Positions 55,427 to 63,946 of a DNA stretch of 64,000 bases are shown in pieces (position 1 is the first letter of the stretch; each line of letters opens with the position of its first letter). Source of the DNA: Salibacteraceae bacterium. Its GTDB lineage: Bacteria > Bacteroidota > Bacteroidia > Flavobacteriales_G > Salibacteraceae. The notes below the pieces were generated by a model that was not told where the DNA came from, did no database searches, and worked only from the letters and a program-made list of their open reading frames with translations. The position numbers were made by a program, and so were the translations under genes. The DNA lies in NCBI GenBank assembly GCA_048267965.1, contig JBLWWK010000015.1:4661-68660 (forward strand), given 5' to 3'.

Positions 55427-55852
55427 TTATTGAGGTTTATCTACTATAGCCATTGTTAACCTGCACACGCAAACGAGTTTTTCCGACTCGTTTTTTATTT
55501 CAATGCTCCAAACATGTGAGCGTTTTCCGATGTGAACAGGTGTACAAGTTCCATACACAAATCCATTAACGCCAGGCCGAATGTGGTTGGCGTTAATGCT
55601 TTGTCCTACTGCTATTAATGCCGTATTGTCTATTATTAAGTTAGAAGCTACACTTCCTAAAGATTCTGCTAAAACTACAGAAGCACCTCCGTGCAAAATA
55701 CCAGCTGGCTGTATTGTACTTTGGTTAACGGGCATTTTGGCTTGTAGCAAGTCGGTTCCTACCGTGGTAAATTCTATGCTTAGCGAATCGTGAATCGTGT
55801 TTTTGCACAGCGAATTGAGCTCTTCAACGGTATAATCTCTTTTCCAAATCAT
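55427..55852 (-). CDS. PaaI/YbdB-type hotdog-fold thioesterase
   Basis: 141 aa. GILHGGASVVLAESLGS is the PaaI-family signature. Confidence 0.8.
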   Translation of the reverse strand: MIWKRDYTVEELNSLCKNTIHDSLSIEFTTVGTDLLQAKMPVNQSTIQPAGILHGGASVVLAESLGSVASNLIIDNTALIAVGQSINANHIRPGVNGFVYGTCTPVHIGKRSHVWSIEIKNESEKLVCVCRLTMAIVDKPQ

Positions 55853-55884
55853 TTTGTTATGTTAAAGTGTAACATTGGTTACAG

Positions 55885-55912
55885 TTGAAACTTTGGGTTC
55901 ACCGTAACTTTG
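55885..55912 (+). promoter_or_regulatory. candidate Bacteroidetes-type promoter for the thioredoxin gene
   Basis: TTG at 55885-55887, a 17-nt spacer, then TAACTTTG at 55905-55912 (fits TAnnTTTG). The ATG is 26 nt downstream. Confidence 0.35.
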
Positions 55913-55937
55913 CAAAGCAATAGAAAAGGAAAGAATT

Positions 55938-56297
55938 ATGGCAACAATTAAGCTCACTACTGAAGAATTTAAAAAAGAATTTTTCGATTATAACGAAGGA
56001 ACCGATTGGAAATACGAATCGGAAACACCGGCTATAATCGATTTTTATGCAGATTGGTGCGGGCCATGTAAAGCGGTAGCGCCTATTCTTGAAGAGCTTT
56101 CAGAAGAATACGGAGAAAAGTTGAAAATATACAAAGTAGATACAGAGGTAGAACAAGAATTATCGGCTGTTTTTGGCATCCGATCAATACCTAGTTTGCT
56201 ATTTGTACCTAAAAATAGTGGTCAGCCAATGATGCAGGCCGGAGCATTACCTAAAGAAGCGATGAAAGAGGTTATTGATAAAGAGCTGGTAGATTAG
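55938..56297 (+). CDS. thioredoxin
   Basis: The WCGPC active site is in FYADWCGPCKAVAP, 119 aa. Confidence 0.9.
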   Translation: MATIKLTTEEFKKEFFDYNEGTDWKYESETPAIIDFYADWCGPCKAVAPILEELSEEYGEKLKIYKVDTEVEQELSAVFGIRSIPSLLFVPKNSGQPMMQAGALPKEAMKEVIDKELVD

Positions 56298-56321
56298 TGA
56301 AGATTGAGTTTGTTAGGTTAG

Positions 56322-56357
56322 AAAGAGCCGCTGATTAGTTTCAGCGGCTTTTTTTTA
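56322..56357 (+). terminator. Rho-independent terminator of the thioredoxin gene (hairpin shared with the convergent PhzF-like gene)
   Basis: AGCCGCTGA-TTAGTT-TCAGCGGCT followed by TTTTTTTT. Confidence 0.85.
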
Positions 56358-57155
56358 TTAAATACGTAAAATTCCGCTGGCCCAAAGGGTAAAATTACCT
56401 TCTAAACGAACAACATTGTTCTCTATTGAGCAATTAAATTCACCTCCACGAGCGCTTAATTGGCGAGCTGTTAATGTGTTTTTATGTAATCGGTTGGCCC
56501 AAAAGTGCGTAAGAGCCGCATGAGAAGAACCCGTTGCAAAATCTTCTAGTTGGCCCACGTGCGGCACAAACGTTCGGCTTACAAAATCGTGTTGAATTCC
56601 TTGAGCAGTCACCGCATACCCAAAAAATTTGGAGTCTCTTAAACGAGAAAAATTCGGTTGAATTGATTTTACGGTAGTTTCATCTTTCACCACCACAATG
56701 TGCTTGTTGTCGGTTTCGTGCATTTCTAAAATCTCTACCCCCAAACCTTCTTCTATTTCGGTAGGAACCACAATCGATTGCTTTACAGGCAGTGCATCTA
56801 ATTCGATAAAACAACGTTGGTCGGTAACCGAACCACCGTTTACTACAGCCGAACTTGCCGATAACTGAGAAGTAGAGTGAAAGTTAGAGTGATTTCTACA
56901 CGCTGCAAAAGCGGCTAAACTTCCGTGTCCGCATAAACCAATTTCTGCATCGGGAGCCATCCAGCGAACGTTCACCTGGTTATTTTCTTTCCATAAAAAA
57001 GTGGTGGCGGGTTGGTTAAAGTCAGCAGCAATTTTTTGCAACCTTTCGGTTTCTAAAGCGTGAGGTAAGAAAACCACAGCAGAAGGATTACCCAAAATTC
57101 CCAGCTCTGGGGCATCAAATACCGATATTATCTCAAAAGGAACTTTCATCATCAT
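56358..57155 (-). CDS. PhzF-family isomerase-like protein
   Basis: 265 aa. GNPSAVVF...FNQPATTFL...ICGHGSLAA is the PhzF-family layout. Confidence 0.75.
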   Translation of the reverse strand: MMMKVPFEIISVFDAPELGILGNPSAVVFLPHALETERLQKIAADFNQPATTFLWKENNQVNVRWMAPDAEIGLCGHGSLAAFAACRNHSNFHSTSQLSASSAVVNGGSVTDQRCFIELDALPVKQSIVVPTEIEEGLGVEILEMHETDNKHIVVVKDETTVKSIQPNFSRLRDSKFFGYAVTAQGIQHDFVSRTFVPHVGQLEDFATGSSHAALTHFWANRLHKNTLTARQLSARGGEFNCSIENNVVRLEGNFTLWASGILRI

Positions 57156-57177
57156 TTGTTTTTAGCAAGTTTGTGCC

Positions 57178-57807
57178 ATGAATTACTCGTTGGTCGAAAT
57201 TATGGAAATACTGGGAACTTTAGCCTTTGCAAGTTCTGGTACTACACGCGCCATCAGAAAACAATACGATTTGTTTGGCTTATTTGTGCTTTCGTTTACC
57301 ACAGCCATAGGTGGTGGTACATTGCGCGATTTGTTAATTGGCAATACGCCTGTGAATTGGCTTAACGATTTTACTTTGATTAGCGTAATAATTGTTGGAA
57401 CCGTGCTTACGTATCTGTTTTATGGATTTATGAACCGATTAAAATGGTGGGTGTTTTTCTTCGATGCCATTGGTTTGGGTTTATTCACTATAACCGGAGT
57501 GAAAATTGGCATAGACATGGAATATTCCGTTTTTATCACCTTGTTGTTAGGTGTGCTTTCGGCCTCTTTTGGTGGTGTTCTACGCGATATTCTCAGCGAT
57601 GAAAAACCCCTTTTACTTCAAAACGAAATTTACGCAACAGCGAGTATTGGCGGTGGTATTATTTACTTGGTAGGAACGCAATTTACCTGGATAGACCACA
57701 TTGTGGTAGAGTTAATAGCTGTCACCTTTATTATTTTGCTGCGTGTATTGTCTTACAAATACAAATGGAGTGTAAGATTACCTTTAAAACAACCTACCGA
57801 AGACTAG
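57178..57807 (+). CDS. trimeric intracellular cation channel family protein (UPF0126/YadS-like)
   Basis: Two UPF0126 repeats with GGGTLRDLL and FGGVLRDIL motifs, and 7 TM helices. Confidence 0.8.
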   Translation: MNYSLVEIMEILGTLAFASSGTTRAIRKQYDLFGLFVLSFTTAIGGGTLRDLLIGNTPVNWLNDFTLISVIIVGTVLTYLFYGFMNRLKWWVFFFDAIGLGLFTITGVKIGIDMEYSVFITLLLGVLSASFGGVLRDILSDEKPLLLQNEIYATASIGGGIIYLVGTQFTWIDHIVVELIAVTFIILLRVLSYKYKWSVRLPLKQPTED

Positions 57808-58283
57808 GCAATTAACTGGTTCAGCTGAGAGAATATTCGATCATCTGCCATATAAGCGCCAGACTGTATTACCTCGAACATTTCTTGTTCTCTCAACTTC
57901 TTGTATTCTTTTTTGGCGTGAAAAAGCTCAATGTCATCAGGTGAATCGGCAAGTAAGCTTTTCAAGTTATTACCCAATTCGCCTTCTGTTAAGTTGATGT
58001 TTTCTTGAGGTTGCACTTTTACAACAATCAGTTTTACAAAGTTCTCGTAAAACTTATACGATCTAAATTCAAAAGGAGAAACCTTTTCTAAGCAATTACA
58101 TTTCGATAATGCTTTTTCTATTACAATGTCGCTAAACAATTCAATAAGCAACTCTGCTCGTTTTCGGTCTTCTTGTTTAAGCTGAGTCCACTCATCTGCG
58201 GTTACACTGTTAGATGCTAAAAAGGTGATAAATTCTTTTTCTACTTGTTGTAGTTCTTCGTTGGTAAGCCTTCTGAATTTCAA
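57804..58283 (-). CDS. conserved hypothetical cytoplasmic protein (DUF6495-like)
   Basis: 159 aa. The pattern MKFRRLTNEELQQVEKEFITFLASNSVTADEWTQLK is one I recall from Flavobacteriia hypotheticals. It overlaps the convergent TRIC gene by 4 nt. Confidence 0.45.
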   Translation of the reverse strand: MKFRRLTNEELQQVEKEFITFLASNSVTADEWTQLKQEDRKRAELLIELFSDIVIEKALSKCNCLEKVSPFEFRSYKFYENFVKLIVVKVQPQENINLTEGELGNNLKSLLADSPDDIELFHAKKEYKKLREQEMFEVIQSGAYMADDRIFSQLNQLIA

Positions 58284-58388
58284 AATTGTTGCGTTTTCAG
58301 TATAACTGGGAATAGTTAAACTAAATAACGTAAATAATTGATGTTTCGTTCAAGAAAATATGTTTTTAATGCAAAAACGCCCTTTTCG

Positions 58389-59615
58389 TTATTCAATTTT
58401 AATTAATCGTTGAGTGGCATTTTCAGTTTTTACCAAATAGGTTCCTACCGGTAAATTTAAACGAAGCGAAGTATGGGTTGCGTGTTCTCCCAAAAATTCG
58501 CCACCAATAGAGAAAAGCTGAAAAGTAGAAGAGGCAGATTTTACTTCGAACTGATTTTTTGTTGGATTAGGAAAAACAGTAAGTGATTTTTCCGTATTTC
58601 TTAAATCTTGAACAGCAAGTACACGAACTTCAACTGTATCTTTATGTGTGCTAGAGCGGTTACAATAGGTGGCAGTTAATTCAATAATAAAATCACCAGA
58701 AGTTGTGTAGTTATAAGTTGGTTCAAAAGCAGTAGAAGTGAAACCATCGCCAAAAGACCAAGAATAGGTAAAAGCATGTTTTGAGTGGTTTTCTACGGTT
58801 ACCATCGAAGTATTTTGTTGAAACTCAAAATCAGCCAACGGAATGGCAAAGTTGCTCTCTATTGAATCTACATTGTTGAGTACGTGATTGGCTACCGTTT
58901 GTAAATATTCGGCTTGATTGGCGTTGATAGCATTCGGGCGAAAGGTGTTGCCTACAGAGCTTTCTGCAAAAAGACTCTCGTAAAAAACACAGGCGGCTAA
59001 ATAGCTTCCGAAACTAGATGGGTGGCTGCCATCTGGAGAATACAATTGATGAAAGGTAACTACTGCCGCAGGATCTTGTTTAATGTGCTTAAAAGCCATA
59101 CCGATGGGAGCAAGTAGAGTCGAATTTTGCTCTGCCATGTACGCGTATGCTCTAAAAAGACGATCGTTCATTTTTTCGAACGTGTTGATAGAATCCCACT
59201 GAGGGTCTCCATTTTGTCTTCCCCAAGTATTAAAGAATACAGGAATAGCGCAAGCATTGGCACTTCTAATTGAGTCTACTAACGTTTCAGCAAACGGAAA
59301 AACTTCGGTTTGAACTTGTGCCCAAGGAAAAGAGGGAACTTGACTTTGATCTTGCAAAACCACAAAATCCCACGATTGAGCCTTTATTTTTTGAAGTGAA
59401 GTTGCATTGGTAGAGTGGCTTTGTAAGGTGTAACCGCCCGGCACATTTGCATCGAAAGTAAGGGTGTTTCCATCGGCCATGGCAAGACTCTGAATCATGC
59501 TGGGCATGTTGTTAGAGTAAGTGTAACTGTTCCCGAGAAAAAGTACATTTTTAGTTGTTTGACCGTAACAAAGTGCCGTTAAGAAGCAGAAAAGCGCAAC
59601 AAGATTGATCTTCAT
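58389..59615 (-). CDS. secreted SGNH/DUF4886-like hydrolase + PKD domain + T9SS type-A C-terminal sorting domain
   Basis: The ATG at 59615 gives the signal peptide MKINLVALFCFLTALCYGQ. VLFLGNSYTYSNNMP is SGNH block I-like, YSWSFGDG marks the PKD domain, and the C-terminus is LTVFPNPTKNQF...VGTYLV. Confidence 0.75.
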   Translation of the reverse strand: MKINLVALFCFLTALCYGQTTKNVLFLGNSYTYSNNMPSMIQSLAMADGNTLTFDANVPGGYTLQSHSTNATSLQKIKAQSWDFVVLQDQSQVPSFPWAQVQTEVFPFAETLVDSIRSANACAIPVFFNTWGRQNGDPQWDSINTFEKMNDRLFRAYAYMAEQNSTLLAPIGMAFKHIKQDPAAVVTFHQLYSPDGSHPSSFGSYLAACVFYESLFAESSVGNTFRPNAINANQAEYLQTVANHVLNNVDSIESNFAIPLADFEFQQNTSMVTVENHSKHAFTYSWSFGDGFTSTAFEPTYNYTTSGDFIIELTATYCNRSSTHKDTVEVRVLAVQDLRNTEKSLTVFPNPTKNQFEVKSASSTFQLFSIGGEFLGEHATHTSLRLNLPVGTYLVKTENATQRLIKIE

Positions 59616-59690
59616 TTCAAAGTGTGTTTGGTCACAAAACGAGGCGCTTCGGTTGAGGTTGCTTAAAAAAAGCATCTTTATCAAAGAAAT

Positions 59691-59737
59691 TGGTGTTTTC
59701 TGTAGGAACACAATTCGCGTTCCTACAGAAAACACCA
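59691..59737. repeat. perfect 19-bp inverted repeat built around a variant motif (CTGTAGGAAC / GTTCCTACAG), 9-nt loop
   Basis: TGGTGTTTTCTGTAGGAAC (59691-59709), loop ACAATTCGC, then GTTCCTACAGAAAACACCA (59719-59737). It lies between the VOC-family gene and the SGNH/T9SS gene. Confidence 0.9.
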
Positions 59738-59829
59738 CTAAAGATTAGCTTTTACTGCTAAGTGTCAATTTCGTAACGATTTGAAATCGAAAGTATTGAG
59801 ATTGATAATTTGCATAATTTCAATGATTT

Positions 59830-60018
59830 TTAACCGTTTAACCGATTAAAATCAATGTTTTTTCCTCTTTCGGTAGGAGCCGTAGAATTTTCATCTGTGC
59901 TCGAAGAAAGATGGCAACTAAGGTGAAGACCCACCGCTAAAGCGTAAATCAACAATAAAGTGGCCGAACGTTTAAGCGTGCTACTTTTGGTAGGCGCCTG
60001 AAGAGTACGTAAGTTCAT
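59830..60018 (-). CDS. tentative small lipoprotein (62 aa)
   Basis: An internal ATG of ORF 59830..60051 gives MNLRTLQAPTKSSTLKRSATLLLIYALAVGLHLSC (n-region, h-region, lipobox-like LSC). It overlaps the 3' end of the VOC gene by 38 nt in another frame. No other support. Confidence 0.25.
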   Translation of the reverse strand: MNLRTLQAPTKSSTLKRSATLLLIYALAVGLHLSCHLSSSTDENSTAPTERGKNIDFNRLNG

Positions 60019-60493
60019 AACTGTGCGTATATATTTCGAAAACCACTCCAAATGGATCTTCTACGTAAACCATTTTAAAAGGCTTTTCACCTGGATAATA
60101 TTCACGAATAGGCATACGTTGTTTACCCCCTGCAGCCACAATTTTTTCGGTGAGTTCTTCAATGGCTGGGTCTTGAATACAGAAATGGAATAATCCGGTT
60201 TGAAAAGGATTAAACGCTGGTTTCTTATCTTCCATTTCTGGAAACGAAAACAACTCAACACCAACTCCATCGCTAGTAGAAAGGTGAGCTATTTCGAATT
60301 CTTCCCAATCGTCACCAAAAACATCGATGCACATTTGACCAATGGCTGTTTCGCGTTCTTTTTTAATAACAGAAGGTTCCATAATTACATACCAGCCCAT
60401 GGTATTGGCGTAGAAATTGACCGCTTTTTGTAAATCGGGAACGGTGATTCCGATGTGAGAAAAAGATTTTGGATAAGGTTTTTTATCTGACAT
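59981..60493 (-). CDS. VOC (glyoxalase/bleomycin-resistance/dioxygenase) family protein
   Basis: 170 aa. FSHIGITVPDLQKAVNFY ... GLFHFCIQ ... has the paired beta-alpha-beta-beta-beta module layout. Confidence 0.75.
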   Translation of the reverse strand: MSDKKPYPKSFSHIGITVPDLQKAVNFYANTMGWYVIMEPSVIKKERETAIGQMCIDVFGDDWEEFEIAHLSTSDGVGVELFSFPEMEDKKPAFNPFQTGLFHFCIQDPAIEELTEKIVAAGGKQRMPIREYYPGEKPFKMVYVEDPFGVVFEIYTHSYELTYSSGAYQK

Positions 60494-60715
60494 AATTTTA
60501 TGGGATTGTAATCCGATTAAGCAGGTCTAGTAAAGTGTTTATAGGGGAGTAGGGTAAGAAGCTCTCGTTACAAAGAATTATCGATAACGAATAAAGCGAA
60601 TTTATGCACTGTTTCTAGACTTATCGGCTTTACTTATTACCATAACAAAAAGGTAAGCTTTTAGTTGAGGCGCATCAATGCGCGCCAAGAATCTATGCGC
60701 AAAATCGAAAACAAT

Positions 60716-62047
60716 TTATGGCATTTTAGCAGTTGAAAAATCAACGAGATAGGGAATCATCGGGATTTCAGAAGTAGAGGCAAAGTGAGATTGAATTAGA
60801 AACTGGTAATGAGTGTTGGGTTGCAGTCGAACTTCGAGTTGGTAGGTGGTTGAATCTTCGCTCCAATTTTGACCGATTATTTCAGGAAAAGCTTCTTCTC
60901 CCAATTCACTGTAAAAAACATCGATTCGATGATTTTTCATGTTTTCGGCAAATTGAAACGATAGAAGTTCAGGTAAATCAGAAGGTACTAAAGTATCTGA
61001 ATCAGAAACTGAAGAAGAGATGATTTTTGGTCGTTTCGATGCGTCTTCAGTTTTTAACTCATCAATAGGTTGAGTGAAAATATGGGTAGAATTAATAAGC
61101 GAATCTACTTGTTGAGGTTGGTTGTAATCAATGTGCAGTAAATCTGCAATGGCTTGGGTTTTATCGGTTGCATTCTGATAATAGCGTTGAGCAAATTCAT
61201 AACCAACGTAATAGCCTAAATCTCTTACGCCAAACTGATTAGGGTAATTGCTCCACAGCCATTCATGCGTTTTTTCAAAAAACATTTCCTCTTCAAATTT
61301 TCTCAACACCTCTGGATGCGTTTCTCCAAATTCTATGGCAGGGGTTGTAGAAGGAACCGACAACGCTAACGTAGAAATATATTCTGCAATTCCTTCGTAA
61401 ATAACTTGATAAAGCAATTGATTCGGAATTTCGTTTTGTTGCGTATGAACGTATTCGTGAATATTTAAGAGTACAATATTTTCTTTCGGATGAGTAGCAA
61501 AGTAAGAAGAAAGCCACTCATGCGTTTTACCGGTAAACTCAGAAATATCGGTAGTAGAAGAAGCCAGGGCTAACTCAGACCCAATGAGAACAGCGCTGTC
61601 TAAAGTAGTGCCGTTGGTGCGCATAGCACCTATTGAAAAGTAGATTTTAGCAGGAGAAAGTTCGGGATATAGTTTTTTTAGTTTTTCAATTCCCGCTTCC
61701 ATTTCATGAGAAATATTCGACAAATCTTGTGAGTTGGCGCGAATGGAGGTTAAGAATTTTGGATAATTTTTGATTAGCTCAATGTATTCGTGAGGTTGGT
61801 AATTACGTACTTGCATTAAGCTTTTTAGCCCAAATGTTCCAGGTTGAAGATAGAGAGAATCGAGAAGTTGAATTTGACGAAGGGAATCGTTTTCAGCTAA
61901 AATAGCATCAAAAGCTTTCCAAAAATTTTCTACATCTGTGGTAACAATCAACTGAGTTTGATCAGATTTTTTGTGGCAGCTGATCACGGCCACCGTGGTA
62001 ATAATAGCAACCAAAAAAAGATGAAGTAAACGTTTTAATTGAATCAT
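60716..62047 (-). CDS. lipoprotein with HExxH motif (putative zinc peptidase, DUF2268-like) plus a C-terminal beta domain
   Basis: Lipobox AVISC. NIHEYVHTQQ (HExxH) is followed by YEGIAEY, 443 aa. Confidence 0.5.
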   Translation of the reverse strand: MIQLKRLLHLFLVAIITTVAVISCHKKSDQTQLIVTTDVENFWKAFDAILAENDSLRQIQLLDSLYLQPGTFGLKSLMQVRNYQPHEYIELIKNYPKFLTSIRANSQDLSNISHEMEAGIEKLKKLYPELSPAKIYFSIGAMRTNGTTLDSAVLIGSELALASSTTDISEFTGKTHEWLSSYFATHPKENIVLLNIHEYVHTQQNEIPNQLLYQVIYEGIAEYISTLALSVPSTTPAIEFGETHPEVLRKFEEEMFFEKTHEWLWSNYPNQFGVRDLGYYVGYEFAQRYYQNATDKTQAIADLLHIDYNQPQQVDSLINSTHIFTQPIDELKTEDASKRPKIISSSVSDSDTLVPSDLPELLSFQFAENMKNHRIDVFYSELGEEAFPEIIGQNWSEDSTTYQLEVRLQPNTHYQFLIQSHFASTSEIPMIPYLVDFSTAKMP

Positions 62048-62688
62048 CAGTGGGTAGATTTTTTACGATAGGCATCTTGCATTCCTTCGCCACGTAAAAT
62101 ATGAGGCGTGTATTTGGCAATTCTCTGGATTTTGGTTTCGCTCTTTTTAGGTGCAGAAAAATAGAGAAGATATCCGCGTTGTTTTCCGGGTGTTAAGCTG
62201 TAAAAAGCATCTTTTAGCTCAGGTTGCAACTCAAATTGATCTATTAATTCTGTAGGAATGGATTCTGGTTCCTTCTTAAAATGAACTTTTAACCCCAATT
62301 TTTCAATCTCAATGGCTTCGTAGATATAGGCTTTTATTTGAGGTTCAATTTCTTGAATTTCAGCTACCTGAGTAAAGTTGAACATTCGAGTAGCTTGAGA
62401 GTTTTTTCCGGGCTTTTCAAGCAGCTTTTTTTCATCTTTTAAGAGAGAGCCTTTAAAAAAACTAAGAGTGCACCGGTTTTTAAAGGCGCTTACGATAAGT
62501 ACATTTTTACCCTGATAGGTATAACAAGGAATGCCCCATTTTCGCTCTTCGGTAAGAGAAGTACTTAAAACCAAATTACGCAAATAGAGCAATTCTTTTT
62601 GCCAAGTGTGAACTTTACAATCAGGGGTTTTCGCGAGTGAACACCTGCCGCAACCGTTTTCGAAGTAATCTCTAATTTCAAGATTCAT
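62047..62688 (-). CDS. YdeI/OmpD-associated family protein with DUF1801-like N-domain
   Basis: The N-terminus is FENGCGRCSLAKTPDCKVHTWQKELLYLRNLVL. The C-terminus LTPGKQRGYLLYFSAPKKSETKIQRI is the YdeI pattern. Confidence 0.6.
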   Translation of the reverse strand: MNLEIRDYFENGCGRCSLAKTPDCKVHTWQKELLYLRNLVLSTSLTEERKWGIPCYTYQGKNVLIVSAFKNRCTLSFFKGSLLKDEKKLLEKPGKNSQATRMFNFTQVAEIQEIEPQIKAYIYEAIEIEKLGLKVHFKKEPESIPTELIDQFELQPELKDAFYSLTPGKQRGYLLYFSAPKKSETKIQRIAKYTPHILRGEGMQDAYRKKSTH

Positions 62689-62732
62689 AGCAGCTAAATG
62701 TAGCTAAAATTCTACAATTCTAGAAAGAAGAT

Positions 62733-63812
62733 TTAAGCCACTTGCTCAAGTTCGGGTACATGAACAATGGGTAGTTTAATGGTAAAGGTAGCTCCTAATC
62801 CTGCGCCATCGCTGTGTGCGGTGATTTCTCCCTTAGCCCTAGAAACCAGTTTCTGACAAAGGTGTAAACCAATGCCATGAGAATCTTCTTTAGCGTTAAA
62901 ATTGCGGTCTAACGTGGCGTTGTATTTAAAGATTTTGTCTTTGTCTTTGGGCGAAAATCCATCTCCTTTATCCGTAATAGACAAGCGAATAAACTGATTA
63001 CAAACGGTAGACTGAATGGCAATTGTTTTGTGGTTTGGACTGTATTTTATAGCGTTGCTAAGTACGTTAATGGCACTTCTGTAAAGCGGTAATTCAGCTA
63101 CTTCGATATGAGAAGAAGTGTCTCCCGAAATACTTAAATCTAGGTTTTTCTCACGCAGTGATAGGCGAAATTTATCGTTAATTTTCTGAAAAAAGTCATC
63201 TAGACGAATAACGGAAACCTCTATTTCGTTCTGCAAATTATTCTTCTTCTTTTTGATAGAGTTGATTAAGTATTCCATCTCTGCTATTTGAGAACGGATC
63301 GATTGTTCCATTAAATCAAGAGAGCTTTTTATATTTTCAGGACTCTGATCAATTTTTAAAACTTCGATTAAACCCAGCACATTTTTAGCAGGTCGTTGCA
63401 AGTCATGAGAAAGTAATTGAACACTGCTTAAACGTTGTTCTTCAAACTCTTCTAGCTTTAAAATGGTAGATTGTACATCGCTCATTAATTGCCCAACTTC
63501 GTCTGTGTGTTGGCTCGGTAAGGTGGGTATTTTAGAGTGATTTATGTAATTTTTTAACGCCTGATTGGTAATTAATATAGGTTGTAACAACCCGTTTAAA
63601 GCATACAGAGTGAGGCTGGTAGCCACTAATGTAAGAACTAGAGTGAGCCCGCCCATCCATAACGGATTTTGCTGAGCTTGAGGAGAACTAAGTAGAAATA
63701 AGATGATGCCAACGAGTGGAATATGGGTTCCAACAAAGGCAATAAAGAAAGTTTTTAGGGTAAAACTCCTCTTTAAAAAAGGGATTTTACTCAAGAATGA
63801 GTAAGATTTCAT
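62733..63812 (-). CDS. membrane sensor histidine kinase (2 TM, HAMP-like linker, HisKA, HATPase_c)
   Basis: H-box LLSHDLQRPA, N-box NVLSNAIKYS, then DKGDGF and SHGIGLHL. No cognate regulator lies within the window. Confidence 0.85.
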   Translation of the reverse strand: MKSYSFLSKIPFLKRSFTLKTFFIAFVGTHIPLVGIILFLLSSPQAQQNPLWMGGLTLVLTLVATSLTLYALNGLLQPILITNQALKNYINHSKIPTLPSQHTDEVGQLMSDVQSTILKLEEFEEQRLSSVQLLSHDLQRPAKNVLGLIEVLKIDQSPENIKSSLDLMEQSIRSQIAEMEYLINSIKKKKNNLQNEIEVSVIRLDDFFQKINDKFRLSLREKNLDLSISGDTSSHIEVAELPLYRSAINVLSNAIKYSPNHKTIAIQSTVCNQFIRLSITDKGDGFSPKDKDKIFKYNATLDRNFNAKEDSHGIGLHLCQKLVSRAKGEITAHSDGAGLGATFTIKLPIVHVPELEQVA

Positions 63813-63934
63813 ACGTCAAAAAATTTGGGTTTCGGTACCGCTAACATACGGAATATACTGTGATGGTGTTTTTAAATTCGAGTTAAATGAGACAACGCTG
63901 TGTTAAATTCAGGTAGTTAAATGCCCTTGTTTTT

Positions 63935-63946
63935 TCGGTAGGAACC
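63935..63946 (+). repeat. intergenic copy of the 12-mer TCGGTAGGAACC
   Basis: Exact 12-mer upstream of the histidine kinase gene, with a T-rich 5' flank. Confidence 0.9.

Noticed and set aside
60672-60690. GC-rich mini-hairpin GCGCA-TCAA-TGCGC downstream of the HExxH lipoprotein gene, as a terminator
   Set aside because: It has only a 5-bp stem and no following T-run on the relevant strand, too weak to call.
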